A stretch of DNA of 64,000 bases from an uncultured Nitrospiraceae bacterium (GCA_963705105.1 CAVPIW010000009.1:64001-128000); one strand, 5' to 3'. Shown: positions 31,713 through 40,957, counted from the first letter of the stretch. A program made the numbers and translations. Notes: a model not told the origin generated them from the sequence alone.

Positions 31713-33701
31713 ATGGTGACGGAACAGGCCCAGAAGGCGCAGAAAACGAAGAAGCATGCCCCCAATCTTGAGAAGATCGCCCTCGTCGGCAATCCGAACG
31801 TCGGCAAAAGCGCCATCTTCGGGCTTCTGACGGGCAAATACGTCGCCGTCTCGAACTACCCCGGCACAACCGTCGAGGTGACGCAGGGCAACCTTTCCCT
31901 CGATCACCACCGCATCGTCCTCATCGACACTCCCGGCGTGAACAGCCTCATCCCCATGAGCGAAGACGAGAAAGTGACCCGTGACATCCTCCTCATCCAG
32001 GCGCCGTCCGCAGTCCTGCAGGTGGCCGACGCGAAAAACCTCAAAAGGTCCCTCCTCATCACGCTCCAACTCATCGAGATGGGCCTGCCTCTCATCCTCG
32101 ACCTCAACATGATCGACGAGGCCATGGACAAGGGGATCACCATCGATCTTCAGGCACTCAGAAAAGAGCTCGGCATCGATGTCGTCAGCACCATCGCCCC
32201 CCAGCGCAAGGGAATCAAAGAGCTGAGGGAGGCCATCGTGACGCCGCGGCGATCGTCTCTGACGTTCACCTACCATGAAACCATCGAGGCCCATGCGGCA
32301 AAGATCGCCCGTCTCCTGCCCCAGACGAACATTTCGAAGCGCTCCGTCGCCCTCATGATCCTGTCAGAGGACGAAAGCCTCGGGGACTGGCTCAAAGCGC
32401 ACGTCCGGCGCGATGTCCTCGCCCGGATCGAACAAATACGGGATGATTGCAAACTGAAGCTCAAAGAGAACATCGGCTACCTGATCAACAGGACGCGCAT
32501 CGCCGTCGCCGGGGAGATCGCCGGTAAGTTAATCGAGAAAGCACCACCCGCGGGCGGGCAATTCCTCGTGCAGCTCGGCCGCCTGAGCATGCATCCCCTG
32601 TACGGCATCCCCATCCTTGTCGCCGTTCTCTTTGCGCTCTTCCAGTTCGTGGGCGTCTTCGGCGCCGGCGTCCTCGTCGACTTCTTCGAGGACACGATCT
32701 TCGGGCAATACCTGAACCCTGCGATCACAAAACTGGTCGAGGTTATCGTCCCCGCGGGGCTCTTCCGGGAGCTCCTCGTCGGCGAATACGGCCTCTTCAC
32801 CGTCGCCCTGACATACGCCATCGCTATCATACTGCCGATAACGGCGACCTTCTTCGTCGCCTTCGCCATCCTCGAAGACAGCGGGTATCTGCCGAGGCTC
32901 GCCATCATGAGCAACAGGATATTCAACCTGATCGGGCTGAACGGCAAGGCCATCCTCCCCATGATCCTCGGCCTCGGCTGCGGCACCATGGCCGTCATGA
33001 CTTCGCGCATCCTCGAAACGAAGAGGGACCGGATCATCACCACCTTCCTCCTCGCCCTCGCCATTCCCTGTTCCGCCCAGATGGGGGTGGTCCTCGGCAT
33101 GCTGAGCCTCGTTTCCGTAAAGGCGACCTTCGTCTGGATGGGCAGCATCCTCTCTATCCTCTTCTTCGCCGGATTCCTCGCATCGAAACTCGTCAAAGGA
33201 GAACGGACGGAGTTCTTCCTCGAGATCCCCCCGATCAGGAAGCCCAACGTCATGAACATCCTCGTCAAGACCGTCGGCCGGATCGAGTGGTACCTGAAGG
33301 AAGCCGTTCCGCTCTTCATGCTGGGCACCTTCATCCTCTTCGTGCTTCACAAGTTCGACCTCCTGACCCATCTCGAAAACTGGGCGTCGCCCGTCGTCGT
33401 CCACTTCCTCGGCCTTCCCGCAAAGACGACAGAGTCCTTCATCCTCGGCTTCCTGCGGAGGGATTACGGGGCCGCCGGCCTTTTCGTCATGGCGCAGCAG
33501 GGGCTGCTGAATCCCGTGCAGACCGTCGTGAGCCTCGTCACGATCACCCTCTTCGTGCCCTGCCTGGCGAACTTCTTCATGATCATCAAGGAGAGGGGGG
33601 TGATGACGGCCCTCTGGATCATCGGGATCGTCTTTCCCGTGGCGATACTCTTCGGGGGCCTCCTCAACTGGGTGCTTCTTTCATTGGGGGTAAGCCTGTG
33701 A
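31713..33701 (+). CDS. feoB: Ferrous iron transporter B
   Basis: GNPNVGKS, NYPGTTVE, DTPG, LEDSGYLPR, LGLGC and IPCSA motifs. Confidence 0.95.
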   Translation: MVTEQAQKAQKTKKHAPNLEKIALVGNPNVGKSAIFGLLTGKYVAVSNYPGTTVEVTQGNLSLDHHRIVLIDTPGVNSLIPMSEDEKVTRDILLIQAPSAVLQVADAKNLKRSLLITLQLIEMGLPLILDLNMIDEAMDKGITIDLQALRKELGIDVVSTIAPQRKGIKELREAIVTPRRSSLTFTYHETIEAHAAKIARLLPQTNISKRSVALMILSEDESLGDWLKAHVRRDVLARIEQIRDDCKLKLKENIGYLINRTRIAVAGEIAGKLIEKAPPAGGQFLVQLGRLSMHPLYGIPILVAVLFALFQFVGVFGAGVLVDFFEDTIFGQYLNPAITKLVEVIVPAGLFRELLVGEYGLFTVALTYAIAIILPITATFFVAFAILEDSGYLPRLAIMSNRIFNLIGLNGKAILPMILGLGCGTMAVMTSRILETKRDRIITTFLLALAIPCSAQMGVVLGMLSLVSVKATFVWMGSILSILFFAGFLASKLVKGERTEFFLEIPPIRKPNVMNILVKTVGRIEWYLKEAVPLFMLGTFILFVLHKFDLLTHLENWASPVVVHFLGLPAKTTESFILGFLRRDYGAAGLFVMAQQGLLNPVQTVVSLVTITLFVPCLANFFMIIKERGVMTALWIIGIVFPVAILFGGLLNWVLLSLGVSL

Positions 33702-34156
33702 GCGGAAAAGTCATGGCCCTGCCGCGCGACCAGTTCAGAGACTTCGCCGCGAAGAGGGGACTCAAGCTTACGAAGGAACGGAAAATGATTCTCGACGAGA
33801 TCCTCGACACGCAGAGCCACTTCGATCCCGAAGGCCTCTTCGTCCGGCTCCGGGGAAAGGGGTCGAAGGTCTCCCGGGCCTCGGTCTACCGCATGATCCC
33901 CCTGCTGCTGGAGAGCGGCATCATCGCAAAAGTGGAGAGGACGGACAAGCATGCACACTATGAGCGTGTCCTGGAGGGCTCCCACCATGATCACATGATC
34001 TGCCTGGGCTGCGGCGCCGTCATCGAGTTCTACTCGGCGCCTCTCGAAAGGCTCCAGGAACAAATCTGCAGGCGGGAGCGGTTCATCGGCCTCCGCCACA
34101 GCCTCGAAATCTTCGGTTATTGCGGGCAATGCGGCGATGCCCGCGGAGCGCCGTAG
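33698..34156 (+). CDS. fur: Fur-family transcriptional regulator
   Basis: SRASVYR, HHDHMICLGCG and GYCGQC motifs; GTGA overlap with feoB. Confidence 0.88.
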   Translation: MSGKVMALPRDQFRDFAAKRGLKLTKERKMILDEILDTQSHFDPEGLFVRLRGKGSKVSRASVYRMIPLLLESGIIAKVERTDKHAHYERVLEGSHHDHMICLGCGAVIEFYSAPLERLQEQICRRERFIGLRHSLEIFGYCGQCGDARGAP

Positions 34157-34165
34157 GAGAGGGGA

Positions 34166-34393
34166 GTGGAGAACGTCCTCCTCCTCATGTTCCTCGCCTT
34201 CGCCCTGAATGTCCCCTTCGGATATCTCAGGGCACGCTCGCGCAAGTATTCATTCCGCTGGTTCCTCTGGATCCACCTGCCCGTCCCCTTCGTCATCCTG
34301 AGCAGGCTCGCGACGTCGACGGATTACAGGATCATCCCCCTCCTCCTCATCGCTTCGCTGGCTGGACAATTCCTGGGCGGAAGGATAGAATGA
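34166..34393 (+). CDS. Small membrane protein
   Basis: RBS, hydrophobic, NVPFGY.R...KYS..WF..IH.P. Confidence 0.7.
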   Translation: MENVLLLMFLAFALNVPFGYLRARSRKYSFRWFLWIHLPVPFVILSRLATSTDYRIIPLLLIASLAGQFLGGRIE

Positions 34394-34394
34394 A

Positions 34395-34605
34395 CCTTAT
34401 CGTTGCATACGCTTTCCGAAAAGGCGGGGTGTATGCGCTGAAAACCTTGCTGCGGCGACACCTGTATCAAAACGAGAGATGAACTATACGCCAATGGTCG
34501 ATGACACAAAGAGTGGAATCCTGACACACGAAGCTGACAAGGCGTATCGTCGCCTTCAGCAAGGCTTTGAGGCGCTTCGCCCCGCCTTTTCATGCAACAG
34601 AACGG
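34395..34605. mobile_element. Family-A MITE (211 bp) with TGAA TSD on the upstream stop codon
   Basis: TGAA|CCTTATCGTTGCAT...ATGCAACAGAACGG|TGAA. Confidence 0.9.
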
Positions 34606-34614
34606 TGAATTGAT

Positions 34615-35637
34615 ATGATTTCGAGTTACCTCGTCCGCCCCGGTCACATCGAACTGCGCGAAATCCCCACACCTGTCCCGTCCCGGGGAGAGGTGCTGGT
34701 CCGCGTCAGGGCCGCACTGACCTGCGGCACCGATCTCAAGGCCTTCCTGCGGGGACATCCCCTCATCCCGATGCCGGGCCCCTTCGGCCACGAATACGCC
34801 GGCATCGTCGCCGCCGCGGGAAAGGGCGTGCGGCGTTTCAGGGAAGGAGACGAGGTGATGGGAGTGCACACTGCCCCCTGCCGTGCCTGCATGTACTGCC
34901 GGAAGGGGCTCTACAACCTGTGTGAGCACATCATGGAAGACAAGGTCCTCGGCGCATTTTCCGAATACATCCTCCTGCCCGAAGGAATCGTCCGGCAGAA
35001 CCTCTTCCCGAAGCCCGCGGCCCTGCGCCATGAAGAGGCGGCGTGTCTCGAGCCGCTGTCCTGCGTGGTCCACGGCATGGAAGGGACCAGGATCAGGCAG
35101 GGAGACTATGCCTTTGTCATCGGCACGGGGGCCATCGGGCTGCTCCACCTCCTGCTCCTGAAAAACCTCGGCGCCCGGGTCATCGTGACGGGACTGGAAG
35201 AGGACCGCCTCGCCCTCGCCCGCGAACTCGGGGCTGACGACATAATCCCGCCGATGCCGCCGAAGGACCTGGAAGAGGCCGTGAAGGCCGTCTCGGGCGG
35301 TCCCGGCTGCGACGCCGTCTTCGAGTGCACGGGCCAGCCCGATGTCTGGCAGAACGCCGTGCATTATGTGCGGCGGGGGGGGACTGTTGTCCTCTTCGGC
35401 GGCTGCAGGGAGGGGACGTCCGTCACCTATGACACATACCGCCTCCACTATGACGAACTCACCATCAGGGGAGCGTTTCACTACACGCCTGCAAATGTCA
35501 GGAAAGCCCGGCAATTCCTGCTGAACGGACTGGCCGTTTCCCGGCTCATCAGCGGCGCCTGTCCGCTCGCTGAGCTGCCCGCCGCCTTCGGTAAACTGAG
35601 CAGGGGGGAAGGGGTCAAATATGCCGTGCTTCCTTAA
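34615..35637 (+). CDS. Zinc-dependent MDR alcohol/polyol dehydrogenase
   Basis: CGTD, GHE, CRACMYC...C and GTGAIG motifs. Confidence 0.9.
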   Translation: MISSYLVRPGHIELREIPTPVPSRGEVLVRVRAALTCGTDLKAFLRGHPLIPMPGPFGHEYAGIVAAAGKGVRRFREGDEVMGVHTAPCRACMYCRKGLYNLCEHIMEDKVLGAFSEYILLPEGIVRQNLFPKPAALRHEEAACLEPLSCVVHGMEGTRIRQGDYAFVIGTGAIGLLHLLLLKNLGARVIVTGLEEDRLALARELGADDIIPPMPPKDLEEAVKAVSGGPGCDAVFECTGQPDVWQNAVHYVRRGGTVVLFGGCREGTSVTYDTYRLHYDELTIRGAFHYTPANVRKARQFLLNGLAVSRLISGACPLAELPAAFGKLSRGEGVKYAVLP

Positions 35638-36841
35638 GGGCTTCGGCCGTGCCTGTCTCGCGGCGCTCCGGGCGGCACTGCCCGCGCTGCTCTTCCTTTT
35701 TACACTTCTCCCGCCCGCCCAGGCGATAATCCCCGGCGTCGTTGCGCAGCAGAGGCAGGCCGTCGTGGCCGTATCGGTCCACAACAAACAGGGCGGGGAA
35801 GTCCTTTCACGGCCCGGCTTCATCATCGAGGGAACGGGCGTCATCATAGCAGGCTGTCCTGTTGTCGCCCGGTGGTTCGATTCCGGCAACGCCATCTATG
35901 TGAAGACTGCCGAGGGGCTGATCTATCCGATCGAATCGCTCATCTCCGAGCGGTGCGGCCGGAATATGGCCCTGCTGTCGGTCCGCGGGGCCGCCCTGCC
36001 GAAGGTAAGGCTCGCGTCGAACTACAAGGCGAAGAAAGGGGCCCGCGTCTTCATCGCATCTTTCCGCCCGGGAAAGGATGACGTCACGGAGGGCACGATA
36101 TCCGAAGTCCACAAGACCGGCGGATCCTTTGACCTGTCCTTTTCCGTCCCGCCGGAGAGGAGCGGCAGCCCCCTCTTTAATGAAAGGGGCGAAGTCATCG
36201 GCATCGTCGCGGTGACGCCCGGCAAGGGCGGCGTGGCGGCCGTCACGGTCGTCCCCGTCTCTGACATCATCGCAGAGATAAAAGCTCACAGCCAGGCCAT
36301 CGCCAAAATAGCCCGTCTCCGCCAGCTCTACCCTCCTCCGCCTCCCCAGGCCCTGCCTGATGAAGTGCCTGCCAGGGAAGTGACGGAGGAGATGCCGAGT
36401 GACCCCCGGTCGCTGTTCCTGAGGGGATGCGCCCTCGAAGATACCCGCAGGTACACGGAAGCCATCGAATCATTCAGGCGGGCCATTGCGTTGAGGCCGG
36501 ACTTTGCCGAAGCCCATGTCCAGCTCGGTGTCACGTACTATAAGCTCGGGCGGTACGAAGATGCGATCGCGGCGTATTACGAAGCGCTCAGGCTCAAACC
36601 GGACGACCAGTCCGTCTACATCAAGATCGCCTCGTCCCATATCATCCTTGAACAGCACAACTTGGCGATCTCCGTACTCAAGCAGGCCCTGTACCGTTTT
36701 CCCATGAGTCCCGACCTGCACTTTCAGCTCGGCCTGGCGTACCACCTCAACAACGAGCGGGCCGAGGCCTTCCTCGAATACGCCGCCCTCAAGAAGATCA
36801 ATCCCAAGATGGCCGAACGCCTGCTCGACCTGCTGAACTGA
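35621..36841 (+). CDS. Trypsin-like domain plus TPR protein
   Basis: SGSPLFNERGEVIGI and C-terminal TPRs. Confidence 0.75.
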   Translation: MPCFLKGFGRACLAALRAALPALLFLFTLLPPAQAIIPGVVAQQRQAVVAVSVHNKQGGEVLSRPGFIIEGTGVIIAGCPVVARWFDSGNAIYVKTAEGLIYPIESLISERCGRNMALLSVRGAALPKVRLASNYKAKKGARVFIASFRPGKDDVTEGTISEVHKTGGSFDLSFSVPPERSGSPLFNERGEVIGIVAVTPGKGGVAAVTVVPVSDIIAEIKAHSQAIAKIARLRQLYPPPPPQALPDEVPAREVTEEMPSDPRSLFLRGCALEDTRRYTEAIESFRRAIALRPDFAEAHVQLGVTYYKLGRYEDAIAAYYEALRLKPDDQSVYIKIASSHIILEQHNLAISVLKQALYRFPMSPDLHFQLGLAYHLNNERAEAFLEYAALKKINPKMAERLLDLLN

Positions 36842-36902
36842 GACGCACAGGATAGCGGCGCAAAGCGTCTCAGGGTCCTGCTAATAGCGGCAATGCTCCT
36901 CC

Positions 36903-37070
36903 GGGAAGGCAGATATGGTTCAACGCCTTTCCAATGCGATGATAAGACATCTCAGGGTGTTCAGCGCCTGTTGCCTGACGGGCTTGTGGTATCAACAGAC
37001 ACGGCAAAGGGTGGTCTGGGGATGAACAAGGTATCTTAGCGGAAAGGCCTTTCACCACATCAGCCTTCCC
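36903..37070. mobile_element. Family-B 168-bp inverted-repeat element, preceded by a degenerate family-A end
   Basis: ~38-bp IR GGGAAGGC(A/T)GAT(A/G)TGGT...CCTTTCC; same length as the 63134-63301 copy. Confidence 0.8.
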
Positions 37071-37113
37071 GCCCGCATGTTCTCGGCCTTGTTCTAAACT
37101 GACGACTGCCGGA

Positions 37114-37854
37114 TTATGACTCTTGTGGCGCGATTGCTTGCTTCTTTTTCGTTTTTCTGCTGCCGCTCATGATGTTCAATGTTTCGACAAAAGCGGAGAA
37201 AGCCATGGCGAAGTAGATGTAGCCCTTGGGAAAGTGGAATTCCAGCCCCTCCGCGACGAGCGTCACTCCCACCATGAGGAGGAAGCTCAGGGCGAGCATC
37301 TTCAGGGACGGATGGCGGAGGATGAAGGCGCCGATCGTCCTGGACGAAAAGAGCATGAGGAGCATGGCGATGATGATTGCCGTGATCATGACCCCCAGTC
37401 GCTGCGCCATGCCGATGGCGGTGATGACCGAGTCGAGGGAAAAGACGATGTCGAAGAGGACGATCTGCGTGATCACCGCGGCGAAGGACGTCTTCAGCGT
37501 GCGGTGCACCTCCTTGCCCTCCGGCTCGAAGGCGTTGTGGATCTCGTGCGTGCCCTTATACAGCAGGAAAAGTCCTCCACCGACAAGGATGAGGTCACGG
37601 ACGGAGAAGTCTCTGCCGATCAGTGAAAAGAGCGGCGCCGTCAGACCGGCGAGCCAGGCGATACTCAGCAGCAGCAGCAGCCGTGTGATGAGCGCGAGAC
37701 TCAAACCCGTCATGCGGGCGGTCTGCTGCCTCTCTGCGGGCAGTTTGTTCGCAAGAATCGAAATGACGACGATATTGTCGATGCCGAGAATGATCTCCAG
37801 CGCCGTCAGCGTAATCAGGCTCGCCCATAACTGGGAATCGAAAATCCAATCCAT
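37114..37854 (-). CDS. TerC-family membrane protein
   Basis: LEIILGIDN and DIVFSLDSVITA motifs. Confidence 0.92.
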   Translation of the reverse strand: MDWIFDSQLWASLITLTALEIILGIDNIVVISILANKLPAERQQTARMTGLSLALITRLLLLLSIAWLAGLTAPLFSLIGRDFSVRDLILVGGGLFLLYKGTHEIHNAFEPEGKEVHRTLKTSFAAVITQIVLFDIVFSLDSVITAIGMAQRLGVMITAIIIAMLLMLFSSRTIGAFILRHPSLKMLALSFLLMVGVTLVAEGLEFHFPKGYIYFAMAFSAFVETLNIMSGSRKTKKKQAIAPQES

Positions 37855-37882
37855 ATATGCCTCCTAATAGTTCATCCTGCAC

Positions 37883-37933
37883 AAAAAAAGCGAGAGTCGT
37901 CAGCATGACACCGGGTCATGCTGAAGCTCTCGC
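37883..37933 (-). terminator. Intrinsic terminator forming the riboswitch expression platform
   Basis: GCGAGAG..CAGCATGAC-CCGGT-GTCATGCTG..CTCTCGC followed by T7. Confidence 0.8.
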
Positions 37934-38017
37934 TTACTGGTCTGATTTCAGCCAATGACAAGGCCAGGTGTTCCCACCGGCATGTTGACCCTGCCTGAAT
38001 AGCTACTCCGCTTCAGC
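37920..38017 (-). ncRNA. yybP-ykoY (Mn2+) riboswitch
   Basis: P1 GCTGAAGC...GCTTCAGC, GGAGTAGC, GTCAACA, GCGAGA; directly 5' of terC. Confidence 0.85.
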
Positions 38018-38188
38018 AGAGAAATTTTACCAGTCTTTCCCCGTTCAAATCAAGCCGGGACGTGAACCGCCACGGACGACACACCTTGCAGTTTCATGGA
38101 AAAGGCAGGGATGAAACGGACCTGCTCTGGGAGAGATATTTCACTTCCCGGCAAGTTCTTTCAGGGCAGATTTGTACTGTGAGATAAA

Positions 38189-38212
38189 ATCCGGTGCACG
38201 CCGTTGTTCGCT
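38189..38212 (-). other. Truncated attC (R'' AGCGAAC plus L'' half) after relE
   Basis: AGCGAAC-AACGG-CGTGCAC-CGGAT; complements the GTTCGCT core that opens the cassette. Confidence 0.65.
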
Positions 38213-38470
38213 TCAACGATATACTTCCTTTCTATGGCCAACCTTCACGACCCATACCGTAAGCTCTCTGTCTTGAATGGAATAGACAATTCTATACCGA
38301 CCCTGACGAATACGGTATCTCTCTTTGCCTGTCAGTTTTTCGTGCCCCTGTGGTCTGGGGTCTTCGGCCAGAGCCTCTATGCGACGAAGGATCTTTCGGA
38401 GGTCTTTCTTCGGTATGGTGCCAAAATCTTTTTCAACCGACTCTTTGAAATAGACCCTATATTCGGCCAT
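38213..38470 (-). CDS. RelE/ParE-family toxin (gene cassette)
   Basis: PRP.G.EKL.G..RYRIRQG.YRIVY...VVKVGHRKEVYR. Confidence 0.9.
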   Translation of the reverse strand: MAEYRVYFKESVEKDFGTIPKKDLRKILRRIEALAEDPRPQGHEKLTGKERYRIRQGRYRIVYSIQDRELTVWVVKVGHRKEVYR

Positions 38471-38690
38471 CTTTCTTTAGTTTCTTAACCATTTCGTCAT
38501 AACTGATCAACGGTTCTTTAGCCCTTTCTTCAAATGCCGTAATGTCCTCAGCGTCTTCCGCCAGAGCTTCCCTAACGGCGTCGTTGACAAGTTCGGATAC
38601 TGACCGGGATGTCTCTACTGCTTTTAGTCTCAAAGCCTTATGTAGATCCGGGTCCAAGTATACTGTAGCCCTTCTGGCTGCTGTTGCCAT
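38457..38690 (-). CDS. RHH/CopG-type antitoxin
   Basis: RATVYLD.DLH.AL...SVSELVN.AV; overlaps the toxin gene. Confidence 0.85.
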   Translation of the reverse strand: MATAARRATVYLDPDLHKALRLKAVETSRSVSELVNDAVREALAEDAEDITAFEERAKEPLISYDEMVKKLKKDGRI

Positions 38691-38716
38691 GATATCACCT
38701 CCACTGTGGCTAAGTA

Positions 38717-38745
38717 ACTATAGCATTAAGACGCTATGACGTCAA
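38717..38745 (-). promoter_or_regulatory. Sigma70 promoter of the TA cassette
   Basis: TTGACG-N17-TATAGT with an ATAGC..GCTAT palindrome. Confidence 0.7.
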
Positions 38746-38763
38746 AGAACGGTCTTTCTTGAA

Positions 38764-38824
38764 AGCGAACGCCACGCATCACCGGTGCCGCGGAGCGGCA
38801 TCCACGTGCATGCGCTTGTTCGGC
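38764..38824 (-). other. Integron attC site (61 bp)
   Basis: GCCGAAC-N5-CATGCAC...TGCCGC-TCC-GCGGCA...GTGATG-N-GTTCGCT; extra base in L''. Confidence 0.85.
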
Positions 38825-38851
38825 ACCTCCTGCTCGATGAGGTGTCCCGTC

Positions 38852-39328
38852 TCAACCTTTCTCCATTGCTTTTGCCTTCGCTCCGGCAGTCCAGATCCGA
38901 TAACGCACCTCAACGCCTTCGGGTACATAGACCACGATGGGCAAACGGCTGTTGTATCGGATGAGATAGGGATCACCGCCAAGCGTGATAAACCGGGCCA
39001 CTTTCGGCGCGTTTGGATCGATTGCCATAAGCGTGCCTGCCATCGGCCCAAGCTTGCTGACAATGTAACGTGGGAATCCCCACCCCTGGATGGTTTCTTC
39101 CTCGATTGTCCCGCCGAAGAAGTAATTGTTCTTCTCGTCAACGTGAACTGTCTTTCCGACGATCAGCTCCACTTTGAAAGCGGATTCGTCATCTTGTGTC
39201 GGAAGTTGCAAGACATATCGAACCTTGCCCTGATCCGCTGGGGGAAACGCCTTCATGTTGTCCTTCGCGTAGGCAGGCAACATTGAAGAGAGTAGCAAGA
39301 CTGCAATCAATGAACACATCTTTTTCAT
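38852..39328 (-). CDS. eco: Ecotin serine-protease inhibitor (gene cassette)
   Basis: KVEL.VG, IQGWGF..Y, GTLMA, RYNSRLP.VVY.P.GV.V.YR.W; signal peptide. Confidence 0.9.
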   Translation of the reverse strand: MKKMCSLIAVLLLSSMLPAYAKDNMKAFPPADQGKVRYVLQLPTQDDESAFKVELIVGKTVHVDEKNNYFFGGTIEEETIQGWGFPRYIVSKLGPMAGTLMAIDPNAPKVARFITLGGDPYLIRYNSRLPIVVYVPEGVEVRYRIWTAGAKAKAMEKG

Positions 39329-39340
39329 GTTATCTCCTCA

Positions 39341-39375
39341 TGCCGAACATTACTCTTTAGTTGCCGACTGCTTTT
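39341..39375 (-). other. attI-like site
   Basis: AAAAAAAGCAGTCGGCAACTAAAGAGTAATG|TTCGGCA with no attC palindrome upstream. Confidence 0.55.
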
Positions 39376-39381
39376 TTTCAC

Positions 39382-39410
39382 ATCATATCGAAAATGCGAG
39401 GGCGAGTCAA
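39382..39410 (-). promoter_or_regulatory. Pc-like sigma70 promoter facing the cassettes
   Basis: TTGACT-N17-TATGAT. Confidence 0.7.
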
Positions 39411-39542
39411 GCAAAAGACAGGTTTTCGGGCATTCTGGGGACAGAGCAGCCGTCTTATATGACCGAAAAGGTATATTATACGGTCATAACAACGAGAATT
39501 TATTATTCCAGGATTGTCTGTCTCAAGCGACGATCATGTGCC

Positions 39543-39962
39543 TTATTCCTCTCCGGGATAATGGAAAGACCTGAGGCTCTTCTTTTCGGAAATGTGCGCT
39601 TTGTCGGCGAGCACCTTTTCCTTTGCCCTCTTGGAGCGTTTCCGTTTCTGGCGCCGGATCTTCTCGATCCGCTGCCGCTCGGCGCTCTCCTCTCCTTTCC
39701 GGATTTCCTCAATCTTGTTCGTCAGGAGCACCCGTGCCCGGTAACGGTTCAGGCCCTGCGAGCGCTCTTCCTGGCACTTGACCTCGAGGCCCGTCGGCCG
39801 GTGCTTGAGGTAGACGCAGGTCGAGACCTTGTTGACGTTCTGTCCTCCCCTGCCCCCGGAACGGACAAAACTCTCCTCGATGTCCTCCTCACGGATGTCC
39901 AGGGACTCCATCCTCTCCCTGAGGGACTTTTCCTTCGCCTCTGAAACCGGGAATATGCTCAT
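39543..39962 (-). CDS. RF-1-domain peptidyl-tRNA hydrolase (ArfB-like)
   Basis: GGRGGQNVNK, RSQ..NR and a basic C-terminal tail. Confidence 0.88.
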   Translation of the reverse strand: MSIFPVSEAKEKSLRERMESLDIREEDIEESFVRSGGRGGQNVNKVSTCVYLKHRPTGLEVKCQEERSQGLNRYRARVLLTNKIEEIRKGEESAERQRIEKIRRQKRKRSKRAKEKVLADKAHISEKKSLRSFHYPGEE

Positions 39963-40097
39963 GTATGTGCTCCCTCGTATCTCTATGTATGAATAGGCGG
40001 GAATGACGTTGATGTCGTCATTCCTGCGCACCCCGCAGTGCCATAACAGGGTCTGCAGCGCACTTCAATGCCTGACGGCACTGTTCCGAATCGATGA

Positions 40098-40442
40098 CTA
40101 AAGAAAGATGAACGCATAGGGTTGAAATACGTTCGGACAATCCTGAGACAAGATTGTAAGGGCCTTGGCGATTCTTGCCGGTTGATTGCCCGGGTAAGAT
40201 CGGGGGATTATGATGATGCCATGGTGAGGGCGGCCTTCATGAAAATAGTACTCCGTGAGCATAAGGAAATCGTTTCGGTTGCGGGTCATGACACAGCGCC
40301 CCTGACGGGCAGCCTCATCAAGCACCTCCTGATCTTCCGCGCCGGACAGGCCGATCTCTCTGACATGAACAGCGTCGACACCTTCGGCTCTCAGGATAAC
40401 GGCAATTTCATCACTTAAATCCTCATCGACAAGGACCTTCAC
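40098..40442 (-). CDS. DUF5615 PIN-like putative toxin
   Basis: VLVDEDL, D.EVL..A..GR...T.N..DF, HHGII. Confidence 0.85.
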   Translation of the reverse strand: MKVLVDEDLSDEIAVILRAEGVDAVHVREIGLSGAEDQEVLDEAARQGRCVMTRNRNDFLMLTEYYFHEGRPHHGIIIIPRSYPGNQPARIAKALTILSQDCPNVFQPYAFIFL

Positions 40443-40852
40443 CGGCCTTTGCCTCCCGGCAGAGAGAACCGGGTCCCAACTGTTTCCGGCGTAATGGCCT
40501 CATTGCTTTGTATGAGCTCGTCGATTTCTTCCGGGTAGGACCGGTAGTAGTTGAGCGCTGCAATGAGTTGTCTTTCCGTAAGGTGGGGCAGGGCCTTCCT
40601 GAGCGCCTCCGCATCCTTGCCGACGATGTGATATTCGTAGATGACTTCCCAGACCTCGACGCCCGTACCGGCGATACGGGCACGCCGTCCCGAAACACCC
40701 TCCGAAAAAATGACGCCCGGACAACGACGCATTTTCAGGGCCTCTTCGAGCAGTTCGTTGGCGATCGCATTGGCAGTCTTGTTTTTCCTGATGCTCTCGA
40801 TTTCCCGAAGTATCGGTTCTTTGATGCGGAAACTGCGTTGGATTGTCGACAT
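40439..40852 (-). CDS. DUF433-domain putative antitoxin
   Basis: G.RARIAGTGV.VWEVI, LT..Q..AAL.YY..YPEEID; GTGA overlap with the PIN gene. Confidence 0.85.
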   Translation of the reverse strand: MSTIQRSFRIKEPILREIESIRKNKTANAIANELLEEALKMRRCPGVIFSEGVSGRRARIAGTGVEVWEVIYEYHIVGKDAEALRKALPHLTERQLIAALNYYRSYPEEIDELIQSNEAITPETVGTRFSLPGGKGR

Positions 40853-40957
40853 GGCGAAACCTCTTGTCACTTTATGTATTACATTATATCACAAGCTGGG
40901 CTGAAAGAGGTTCCGGCAACTGAGTCTTAAGCTTTCAAATCTCCCGTCACCTTGAGG

